Positions 1 to 11,800 of a DNA stretch of 64,000 nucleotides are shown piece by piece. Source of the DNA: Sphyrna mokarran (lineage: Eukaryota); assembly GCA_024679065.1 (NCBI GenBank), contig JAGIQG010000016.1, positions 5,332,001-5,396,000 of the forward strand. Reading direction: 5' to 3'. Within the stretch, counting starts at the first letter, position 1, and each line of letters begins with the position of its first letter. The notes below the pieces were generated by a model. That model did not search any database. It was not told the origin of the DNA and saw only the letters and a program-made list of their open reading frames with translations. The translations under genes and the position numbers were made by a program.

Positions 1-559
1 TTCTACATGCAAAATATTGGTGGTGGTCGAGGCGAACTCGCTGGGGTCTTTTAAAAGACTTCTGGATGAGTATATGGGATCCAGTGGGATTGGGGGTTAT
101 AGGTAGGTCTATGGCTGGGTAGGTTTTGATGTGTTCGGCACAACTTGTGGGCCGAAGGGCCTGTTTGTGCTGTAGTGTTCTATGTTCTATGTTCAAAATA
201 TTGCCTAAGGAGCCTTGATTAGTACCTGCACAGCATCTTGTACACACAGCTGCCCCCGTGAGTCAGTGGAAGAGGGAGTCAATGTTTGGGGAGGGGTAAC
301 TGCTGTTGGAAATGAGCCCATCCAGACCAGTGAGGAATATTCTATCTAGAACGCAATTTGTGCCTTGTGGGTGGTGGACAAGTTTTTTTTTAAGTCAGGA
401 AGTGAATTATTCGCTGCAGGATTCCTAGTCTCTGACTTGCTCTGGTAGCCACTGAGTTTATATGGCTAGTCAAGTTCAGTTTCTGGTCATTGGTAACCTC
501 CTCCAGGTTGCTGGTAGTAGGGGATTCAGCAACAATAATGCCTTTGAATATCCTTGGAA

Positions 560-1180
560 TCATAGGATCCTCACAGTGCAGAAGGAGGACATTTGGCCCA
601 TTGAGTCTATACTAACTGAAAGAGCACCTCACCCAGCCCATTGTCCCCATCCACTTTATCCCTATAAGCCTGTGCACTTATAATGGCCAAAACATCTAAC
701 CTATATATATTTGGACATTAATGGGCAATTTAGAATGGTCAATTGCTCTAACCTGTGCACCTTTGAACACTAAGGAGGAATTTAGCATGGTGAATCCACC
801 TAACCTACACATCTTTGGACACTAAGTGGCAATTTAGCAAAGCCAATCCCCCTAACCTACACATCTTTCGAAGCTAAGGGGTAACTTAATATGGTCAACC
901 CACATAACCTGTACTTCTTTGAACACTAAAGGGAAATTTAGTGTGGCCAATGCACTTATCCTGCACATCATTGGACACTAAGGGGCAATTTGGCATGGCC
1001 AATCCACCTAACTTGCACCTCTTTGAAGTGTGGGAGTAAACCAGAGCACCCGGCGGAAACCCATGCAGACACAGGGAGAACGTGCAAACTCCACACAGAT
1101 GGTCACCCAAAGCCATAATTGAACCCGGGCCTCTGGCGTTGTGAAGCCGCAGTGCTAACCACTGTGTCATCTTGCCACCC
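560..1180 (-). mobile_element. HE1/V-SINE with about six tandem copies of an internal 52-bp segment
   Basis: tRNA-like head near 1100-1180, and repeated ggacactaaggggcaatttagcatggccaatccacctaacctgcacatcttt. Confidence 0.8.
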
Positions 1181-1779
1181 TGAGGAGAGATCAAGGGGCA
1201 ATGGTTAGACTCTCTCATGCTGGAGATGATCATTGCCTGGCACTTGTGTGGCATGAATATTACTCATCAGCCTAAGCCTGAGTATTGTCCAGACCTTGCT
1301 GCATTTGGACATCCTACCATCGAACCTCTTCAAGTCCAGGGCATTGACCCTGTTAGCATTCATATATTAAGAGTGGTTACGGGCACCGTTGGCATTTAAG
1401 AGCCAAACACAACACTGTGATATCTGGAGTCACTTTGGACATAGTCCAAAGGTGTGTGGGTTCGGTGCATTGGCAATGCTAAATTGCCCCTTAGTGTGTC
1501 AGGATGCATAAGTTAGTGGGGTAAATATGTGGAGTGTTAGGGAAAAGGTCTGGGTGGAATTGTGGCCGGTACAGACTCAATGGGTTGAATGCCCTCCTAC
1601 TGCACTGTAGGACTCCATGATTCTCTGACTTATAGGCCAGACCAGGTACAGGCAGAGATCCCTTTCTCTCAAGGACATTGATGAATTTCCTTGCTTTTTT
1701 TTTTCATGACAATCTCTTGTTTCCTAGACCATTATCAATGAGACCAGAAGATGCTATCATGTTCTATTCCTTGAGAGTT

Positions 1780-2610
1780 ATTGAGCAGCAAGAGGAACGG
1801 AGCTTAATGCAAACAAATGCGAGGTGATGCATTTTGAAGGATCAAATTTAGGTGTGAATTATACAGTAAATGGCAGAACCCTGAGGAACATGAACAAACA
1901 GAGGGATCTGGGCGTACAGGTCCACAGTTCCTTAGAAGTGACAACACAGATGGCCAAGGCGAATAAGAAAGCATATAGCCTTCATCAGCCAGAGCATTGA
2001 GTACAAGAGTTGGGAAATCATGTTGCAGCTGTATAAAAAATTGGTAAGGCTGCATTTGGAGTATTGCGTGCAGTTCTGTTCACCAAACTACCAGAAGATG
2101 GAAACTTTGGACACATCGCAAAGAAGCTTCGCGAGGATGTTGCCTGCTCTCGAGGGTGTTGATTGCAAAGAGAGGTTGAATAAACTCAGATCGTTTTCAC
2201 TGGAAAGACAGAGGCTGAGTGGGGGGAGACGTGATAGAGGTCTGCAAAATGATGAGAGGCACAGACAGAGTGGAGAGCCAGAGGCTTTTTCCCAAGATGA
2301 AATTGTCAATTACAAGGGGGCACAGGTTCAAGGTGAGAGGGAGGAATTTTAAGAGGGATATGTAGGGGGACGTTTTCCATACAGGGAGTGTTGGATGCCT
2401 GGAGTGCTGCCAGAGATGATGGTGGATTCAGGCACATTAGCAATATTTAAGAGGCATCTGGATTGATACATGAATAGGGAGGGAATACAGGGATACGGAC
2501 CAAGTAAGGGAAGAGGGCTTTTTTTGGTTTCCTTGTGGCATTGTGATCAGCACGGGCTTGGAGGGCCAAAATGCTTGTTCTTGTGCTGTATTTTTCTTTG
2601 TTCTTTGAAT
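1780..2610 (+). mobile_element. 5'-truncated CR1 LINE, degenerate
   Basis: [16 protein letters not shown] motif of the CR1 ORF2 C-terminus and a TTCTTTG-type tail. Confidence 0.85.
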
Positions 2611-2767
2611 TTTCTTTGGGTATTCTGAGAACAGCGCTTTGGAGAGGTCAGCCTCATTTCCTAACATTCTCAGACAACAGTGAATCAGTCTTGAGATTTC
2701 TCCTTCCAAACAAAGCTGATGGACATGTTTAAACCAATACTTCATTCAGCCAGTAATTGTAACTTAC

Positions 2768-2802
2768 CTTTCCCTGGGATTTCTTAGCTTCTGCTTTGGA
2801 GT
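2768..2802 (-). CDS. Gene A exon: 35-nt cytoplasmic microexon (DSKAEAKKSQGK)
   Basis: Long pyrimidine tract + ccag acceptor, AAG|gtaagt donor. Same length and phases (1/0) as gene B exon 39748-39782. Confidence 0.8.
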
Positions 2803-5800
2803 CTGGATGAATGAAGAAATTGAAGAGAATTAGTGAAGATTCTCACCCCCCCCCCCCTCGCTGAGTCAGATGGGCATTGATCATTTGATCAGTTTCCTTC
2901 TAAAGCGTACCACACAGTTGACCCATTATCTTTGCTATTAATTATTTGTTTAATAGTCAGGAAGGACATTGGGTATCTGATCAAAGTACATAAACTTTTA
3001 AAAGGGATTGGTAAAACAAGTGTAGATCAAATATTTCCCCTTGTGGAGCAATCTCAAATAATTTCAGTGGCACCTCACAGTGCCAGTGACTCGGGTTTGA
3101 TTCCCGGCGTGGGTCACTGCCTGTGTGGAGTTTGCACATTCTCCCCATGTCTGCATGGGTATTCTCCGGGTGCTCCAGTTTCCTCCCACAGTCTGAAAGG
3201 CGTGCATTGGCCATGATTCATTTTCCCTCAGCGCACCCGAATAGGAGCTGGAATGTGGCAACTAGGGTATTTTCACGGTAACAATTAACGTAGGCTAACT
3301 TGTGACACTAATAAATGAACATTAAAACTTGACTTTCAATATATTAAATGGCTCAGTCTCGAGCGGGGAAAAGAATTCCAAGCACTCATGACCCTTGGAG
3401 AGAAGGGATTCCTCCACATCTCCGACTTCAATGGGAAGCGCTTTGTTTAGAAACTATTCCCTTTAGTTTTAGACTCCTCCCAAGAAGGGAAACATTCTTT
3501 TAACATCAACTTTGTCAAAGGCAGCCTTTTGTTTCAATAAGATCACTTCTCATTCTTCTAATGAGTTTAGTCCCAACCTGCTCAAAACTTTCCTAGGAAG
3601 ACAAACTCCCAGGAATCTGCCTGGTGAACCTTTTCTGAATTGCCTCCGATCTGAATACCTCCCAACAGAAATGAGGAGACTAGAACTGCACACAGACTCT
3701 AAACCTTTAATTTTAATCTTGAACCTCATGACCCCTCAGCCTCGGTTCTTGAATGTTGGTCCGACTGGAACTGTATCCTTTTTCTACACTCTCCAGATTG
3801 AGAGTTTTACTGCGATTGTGATCATTTTCATGTCCTCTCCCTCGTACAGTACTCTGTGTAATCAGAGTTCAGAATGGTGAATTTTATATTTACCATCGAT
3901 CTGTTTCACTAACAGTTGTACAGGTGTAGCAAGGCTTCAATACTTTTATATACCATTCTGCTGGCTTTAAACACCATCATTCTGGATCCCAGACTTCCGA
4001 ACGCACAGACCATAATCAGTAAGGATAGGCAACAATGTCTCCTCCGTGACCATCCTCAACACTGGTGCCCCACAAGGCTGTGTCCTCAGCCGTTGACTCT
4101 ACTCCTTTACACCTGTGACTGTGTGGCCAAATTTCCCTCCAATGTTCATGTTTTCCAAAGACAACACCGTACTGGGGTGGGATCTCAAACGATGATGAGA
4201 TGGAGTACAGGAGTGAGATAGAGAATCGGGTGGACTACTGTGATGACAATAATCTCTACCTCGATGAAGGAGTTAGTCATTGACTTCAGAAAGTGCAGTG
4301 GAGAGCATGCCCCTGTCTACATCAAAGGTGATGAAGTGGAAGTGGCCGAGAGCTTCAAATTTCTAGGTGTTCAGATGACCAACAATCTGGTCCCTTCACT
4401 CTAATGTTATAGTTAAGAAAACCCACCAACGCATCTACTTTCTCAGAAGCTAAGGAAATTTGACATGTTCACGATGACTCGCACCAATTTTCCAACATAG
4501 AAAGCACTCTTTCTGGTTGTACCACAGCTTGGTATGGGCTCCTGCTCTGCCCAAGACCGCAAGAAACCACAAAGGGTTGCGTATGTGGCCCAGGTCCATC
4601 ATACAAACCAGCCTCCCATCCCTTGACTCTGTTCACACTTCCTGCTGCCTCAGGAAAGCAACCAGCATAACTAAGGACCCCACACACACCCCATAGACAC
4701 TTCTTCCATCAGGGAAATGATACAAAGTCATGTACTAACCGACGCAAGAGCAGCTTCTTCCCTGCTGCACTCAGACTTTTGAATGGACCTACCTTATATT
4801 AAGTTGATCTTTCTCCTCGCTATGACTGTAACACAATATTCTGCACCCTCTCCTTGCCTTCTCCCCTATGTACTTCATTGACCCGATGTTTAGAATGTAT
4901 AGCGTGTGAGAAATACTGTATCCCAATGCATGTGACAATAATAAATCAAATCAACATTAAACGCTCGGACTGATCACCCCCAACCATGGGTGTTCCTCAA
5001 CATGGAGAATGGATCAACAGACGCACTGGATCACTTACCCTCAATCCTCCGCCGCTTCTTTACCATCACAAGGGCTAGAAAGACGATTAGGAATAGGACC
5101 ACAATGACTGTTCCTATGGCAATGAACATGACGGTGAATCCAACTGACTTGCCTAGAAAATTCCAAGCGGAAAAAACACCATTATTGCGTCCGTAAGTGA
5201 CCACCACAATGTGTCAAATATCCACTTGCTCACTGCGTCTTTCCATGCCAGTTGGGGGCTCCCGTACCTTATCAATCCCCTTAATCACATTTTGATTTGA
5301 GGTCTTAAGTTTCATTTGTCGCCCCCCCCCCCTTTTCTTTGAGGCAGGATCCCTTTAAGATGTGGTCACTTTAATTTGTCCCTGAGTTTCTTTGGTTTAT
5401 TGGCTTTGCTCCAAAAGAAGGGATCGTAGGACCGTAAGATACAGGAGCAGAATTAGGCCACTCAGCCCATCGAGTGTGCTCTGCCATTCAATCGCGGCTG
5501 ATAGGTGTATCAACCCCATTCTCCCTTGGTCCCCTTATGTAACGACTTTAATCAGGCAATGGAGGTGGGCCTGTTCCAATCTGAGCTCCCTCAATCAGAC
5601 AGCCTCTACTTTTGTATTTATCCAGGGACCCTGAGTATAGACGGCTAACCGAAGCACCCTGAATGTCAGACTTGTAAATAAAGGGATTTTGGTGAAGGGA
5701 CTTTGGCTCCGAGGACTTAGTACACCTTACCGATCGAGGGTCTACCTATCTCTGTCTTAAATACACATTCTTCCCATGTCTGCGTGGGTTTCCTCCGGGT

Positions 5801-8800
5801 GCTCCAGTTTCCTCCAAAGACGTGCGGGTCAGGTTGATTGGCCGTGCTAAATTAATCTTAGTGTCAGGGCGATTTGCAGAATAAGGTTCCCTGAGTGGGG
5901 GAGAAAGTGTAAGTTGCCCTGAGAGGGAATGGTTGAAGGTTAAGGGGAAGCTGGGTGAGGGGATGAGGAGAAAGGGAAGGTACTCATGTGGAACTAGCAT
6001 GGATTGATTGGGCCGAATGGCCTATTTCTGTGTATTGTACATTCTATAGAGGCCCTTATATACCTTTAACATTTCCTTCTCTCTCTCTCCTCTCGCTTGC
6101 TCACTCTGTTTGGTATTCTGGTCAGGAAGGGTTTGGAGATCTATATTTGAAGGCACTCTCATAGAATCATGGAATCCCTACAGTGCAGAAGGAGGCCGTT
6201 CAGCCCATCGAGTCTGCACTGGCCACAATCCCATTGAGACCCTATCCTCGTAACCCCTCGTATCACAGAAGCCACCCACCTCGACCATCAAGTCCTGAAG
6301 TGGCACCTTGGGATCCTTAGGTAGGGACGTGACCACAATACACAAGAACTCCCTTAGCTTTCCTTTGACCATAGACCTCCATGCATCTCTTTAACAATGA
6401 GTTCCACATAGACTCCACCCTCTGGCTGAAGAAATTCCTCCTGATCTTGGAGGCTGTCCTTTGACTCCGAGGCTGAGCCCTCGGATCCCAGTCTCTCCTA
6501 CTAATGGAAACATCTCACTTCCACTCTATCCAGTATTCTATAAGTTGCAATGGGATCCCGCACCCCCACTCATCCTTCTAAATGCGTATATACCCAGAGC
6601 CCTCAAACACTCCTTGTACCTCAAGCTTTTCATTCCCGGAATCATTCTTGCGAACCTCCTCTGGACCCTCTCCAAGGCCAGTACATCCTTCCTTAGATAC
6701 GGACGTTGCTCCCAATATTCTAAATGTGGCCTCACCAGAGCCTAATGAAACAGCGCATTCCTGCTTTTGTACTCTGATTGTCGAGTTTAAGTTGAGGCAG
6801 CACCTCCTCTCGCTGCTTGTTTCAATGCAATCTTGTGGAGGGAGGTGGGACAGGGCAGCATAAGCACAGTGGTACAATGGTTAACACTGCTGCCTCACAG
6901 TGCCAGAGACCCAAGTCCAAATCCCGGCTTGGGTCACTGTGCAGAGTCTGCACGTTCTCCCTGTGGGTTCCTCCGGGTGCTCTGGTTTCCTCCCAGAGTC
7001 CAAAGGTGCATTGCTAGGTTGATTGGCCATGCTAAATTGCCCCTTGGTGTTAGGTAAGTATATGAGGTTATGGGAAACAGGAGCTGGTTGGGGTTGTTGC
7101 TGAGATACACTTGCTGGGCTGAATGGCCTCCTTCTGCACTGTCGGGATTCTATGATTTTTATACCAAACTGGGTGGCTGAATTGCACGATCGGGCTCTGC
7201 CTCCCTGTATGTGTTTCCCAAGGTAACAAAACAGTCTGCACATTCTCCCCGTGTCTGCGTGGGTTTCCTCCATGTGTTCTGGTTTCCTCCCACAGCCCAA
7301 AAGACATGTTGGTTAGGCGCATTGGCCGTGCTAAATTCTCCCTCAGTGTACCCAAACAGGGCTGTGGTGCCTAGGAGATTTTCACAGTAACTCCATTGCA
7401 ATGTTAATGTAAGCCTACTTGCGACACGAATAAATAAACTTAAACTTAAAACTTTAAGCGTTGGTATTCGAATGCACTTGCAGACTTGGGAGTTTACCTG
7501 CATTGAGAGAGTCCACCTCACTCACTATGACCGTAACTTCACCCTTTCCTTTCCCCAGGGCGTTTGTGGCTTCACAGACCCAGGTTCCATTGACAGAATA
7601 GTCCACTTGTTCAATGAATAGATGGTTTTGTTCAGTTTGTGCTTTTTCAGACACCGGTCTCATAATCCTGCATCAACGGACAAAGACATTCTGTTCATCA
7701 CCCTTACCAACACTGCACAGGAACTCTCAAATGTCCTTCAAGCACTGTTATTCACGAGAGCGGCCAGCACTTCACAGCGCCAGAGAGCCGGGGTCGAGTC
7801 CGGTCTCGGGTCGCTGTCTGTGCGGAGCCTGCACATTCTTCCCATGTCTGCGTGGGTTTCCTCCGGGTGCTCCAATTTCCTCCAAAGACGTGCGGGTCAG
7901 GTTGATTGGCCGTGCTAAATTAATCTTAGTGTCAGGGCGATTTGCAGAATAAGGTGCCCTGAGTGGGGAAGAAAGTGTAAGTTGTCCTGAGAGGGAATGG
8001 TTGAAGGTTAAGGGGAAGCTGGGTGAGGGGATGAGGAGAAAGGGAAGGTACTCATGTGGAACTAGCATGGATTGATTGGGCCGAATGGCCTATTTCTGTG
8101 TATTGTACATTCTATAGAGGCCCTTATATACCTTTAACATTTCCTTCTCTCTCTCTCCTCTCGCTTGCTCACTCTGTTTGGTATTCTGGTCAGGAAGGGT
8201 TTGGAGATCTATATTTGAAGGCACTCTCATAGAATCATGGAATCCCTACAGTGCAGAAGGAGGCCGTTCAGCCCATCGAGTCTGCACTGGCCACAATCCC
8301 ATTGAGACCCTATCCTCGTAACCCCTCGTATCACAGAAGCCACCTACCTTGACCATCAAGTCCTGAAGTGGGACCTTGGGATCCTGAGGTAGGGATGTGA
8401 CCACGATACACAAGAACTCCCTTAGCTTTCCTTTGACCATAGAGGGAGAGAGAGAGAGAGAGTCAGAGGGACAGTGAGGGAGGNNNNNNNNNNNNNNNNN
8501 NNNNNNNNNNNNNNNNNNNNNNNNNNNNNNNNNNNNNNNNNNNNNNNNNNNNNNNNNNNNNNNNNNNNNNNNNNNNNNNNNNNNNNNNNNNNNNNNNNNN
8601 NNNNNNNNNNNNNNNNNNNNNNNNNNNNNNNNNNNNNNNNNNNNNNNNNNNNNNNNNNNNNNNNNNNNNNNNNNNNNNNNNNNNNNNNNNNNNNNNNNNN
8701 NNNNNNNNNNNNNNNNNNNNNNNNNNNNNNNNNNNNNNNNNNNNNNNNNNNNNNNNNNNNNNNNNNNNNNNNNNNNNNNNNNNNNNNNNNNNNNNNNNNN

Positions 8801-11800
8801 NNNNNNNNNNNNNNNNCATATAGAAAGATGGATGGAGGGAGGAACAGAGTGTTGGATGGAGGGATGGACAGATGGTAGATGTCAATCCCTCTATTCCTCC
8901 CTCTAGCCATCCATTCCTCTGTCCCTCTCCCAGAGAGAGAGACAGAAAGATAAAGAGATAGATGGAGAGGTGGAGAGAGGTAGAGAGAAAGCTTTAAAAA
9001 TACGGTTTCTTCCGTGTATTCGTAAATATTTCTGGAACAGGACAGGTGGCATGAATGGTCACTATATTAAACGGTGATTTCAATAGTGCATAAGGTAACA
9101 TTACAAGTCTCTAAAGAGCCATGTTAATTAGATTGTAAATGCACATACATTGTCCAGTGGTAAGTTGTTGCTGGTGGATTTGCCTCGGCAATACAGCTGA
9201 GGCTAACATTACGCCTCTTGATGTACCAATTGCCGTCATATCCAGTAATCATTACCTTCGGAGGGTCTGATCAAAACAAAAAACAAATAAAAAGAGGTTG
9301 AAAAATCAATCAGACAATCCTTTTTCTACACTGCTGTCTTAGACTATGGTCTACTGCTGATGAGATCCCTTAAGAAACATGGAAATATCACAATGCGACA
9401 TTTCAAATGATGTATATCTGCCCAAGTATGTACCCCGACCAATAACTAGAATTCTAATTGATTAATCTCCTTTCACTTCTCAGTTACACAGTGTAAAATG
9501 GTGGTAATAAAAGATCCCTCATTTTGGAGCTTTTAGTTGGAATAAAATGCATGTGTTAAAAATAATTTGGACACACCGATCTTTCTTTTAAATAAAGATA
9601 TCAAGGCAATTAACTGTCATGTTTGCCTGAGAAACAACTGTTAAACAATCTGTCTATCCAACCACTCATCTGTCCATCCATCCATCTGTTCCTCCCTCTG
9701 TCCATCCCTCCGCTTACCTGTCCCTCCCCCTGTCCTTTTATTCCTCTACTCTTCTGTCCACTCCCCTGCTCCTCCCTCCATGTGCTGTCTGAGGCCAGAA
9801 CACCTCATTCACCCAACGAAGAAGGGAACCTCGAACGATTGTGAGTTTACTGTCAAATAAATCGGTTGGACTTAAACCTAGCGTTGTCAGACTTCTTACT
9901 GTCTCCTCCCTCCATTTGTCCATCTTTCTGTCCATCCACCCACCTATTCTATCAAACCACCATCAACCTACCCACCCGCCCATGCGTTAACCACAATGTC
10001 CAAAAGTTAGCAGTCAGTTTGTCATCCATCCCTCCCTCCCTCGCTTCCTCTCTTGCTCTCTGTTCCATTCAGCTGCCTGTCCATCTATCCATCCATCTAT
10101 CATCCACCCATCCATCAAATGATTAATAATCATTGGGATTCACTAACCCAGGGGTTTGGGGTCATTCAATCATTGTGTATGGGGCAAAGTATTACACAGT
10201 GGCACAGTGGTTGGCACTGCTGCTTTCCAGTACCAGGGACCTGGGTTTGATTCCAGGCTTGGGTCACTGTCAGTGCGGAGTCTGCACATTGTCCCCGGGG
10301 GACTTCCTCCGGGGGTTTCGATTTCTTCCCATGGTCTGAAAAATGTACTGATTAGGGTGATTTGGCCGTGTTAAATTCTCCCTCAGTGTACCCCAACAGG
10401 AGGGTGGCGACTGGGGAATTTTCACCTTAATTGCAATTTTACTGTCAGCCTACTCATTCATCGAATAAATAAATGTCAAAACGATGTTAACATTGAAGAC
10501 ACAGATGAGGGAAAAGATCAAGCATTGATCTCAATGGGCCGAATGGTCTATTCTTGCTCTGATTTGATACGTCCTCAAGTTTTTCTGGTGATTCTGGACA
10601 TCGCCGTTTCCTTGGAATATTGGCAGGTTAGAACACTTGTGAAATGTATTAAATAAGCAACAGGTAACTTTTGCTATGAATAACATGAAGAAAATGGCAA
10701 ATGAAAAACCCTTCATATTCCCTGTCGCACCGCACTGTACCAATAGTCCAATAACGAGGATCATGATATACTTTTCACTTCATTTCCAGTTTAAAACAGT
10801 GATACTTACATCGGACAGATAGCGTCACTGCTGTGCTCACCCGATATCTCAATGCCTGGTGCGACACCAGGCAATTCAAGGCCTCTCCGTTGTCCTTCCT
10901 GGTGGGAGTAATACTGTACCGGCTGCTGATGGTCACCGTCCCGTTTGGATGGCGGGTCTGCGTTGACGTGACCTTCCCTGGCACTTTGGATACCCACGTT
11001 ATACCAGCTGCTGGCTTTCCACTGGCTGCTGTGCAAGTGGCGACTGGTGTCTCCGCTGACCCAACGTCCGCTGGCACTGTGGCAACCTCGATGGCGGGCT
11101 TCACTGAGGGCAAGAAAAGAATTGATGGGGGTGAGGGCAAATTTCAAAGAGTTCTGGGCAACTTGAGACAGGCACTTGCTGCCTCAGTAGTGAATAGAAT
11201 CATAGAAGTGCAGAAGGAAGCTATTCAGCCCATCAAGTCTGCACTGATAACAATCCCATTCAGGCCCTATTCCCGTAATCCTACATATTTACCCTACTAA
11301 TCCTAAGATATCCCAGGGCACTAAGGGGCAATTTAACATGGCCACACAAACTAACACACTCTCCACAGAAATTTATTGAGCATTTTTCAGTTTTTAATTC
11401 AAAGATTTACTCCGGCGGGATCTTATGGTCTCACCAATGGTGCAGACCACACCTCGGGTTCCCTTGTGGTAGGCAATGCGTTCAACCTTTGAGAACAGCG
11501 GGACCCCAAGACCCCCCCCCCCCCCCCCACTCCTGTCTCCTCAAAACATGCCCACCGCAGCCATATCCTTGGTAACCCTGAAAATTCACCCTGCTGATCC
11601 TCCTAAACTGTACGATTTGGGACACTAACAGGTAATTTAGCATGGCCAGTCCGCCTAACCTACACATCTTCTGGACTGTGGGAGGAAAGCAGAGCATTCG
11701 GAGGAAACCCACGCAGGCACGGGGAGAACGTGCAGACTCCGCGCAGACATCGACCCAGCTGGGAATCGAACACAGGTCCCAGGCCCTGTGAGGCATCAGT

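Noticed and set aside
1315-1352. Possible small phase-0 exon (GQCPGLEEVR) continuing gene A
   Set aside because: Poor pyrimidine tract, lies among repeat relics, and has no similarity to gene B's last exon.
3700-3860. Open 46-codon minus-strand stretch after a cag (STVRGRGHEND...) as an alternative last exon of gene A
   Set aside because: Phase 0, incompatible with the phase-1 TM exon donor, and it has no recognisable motif.
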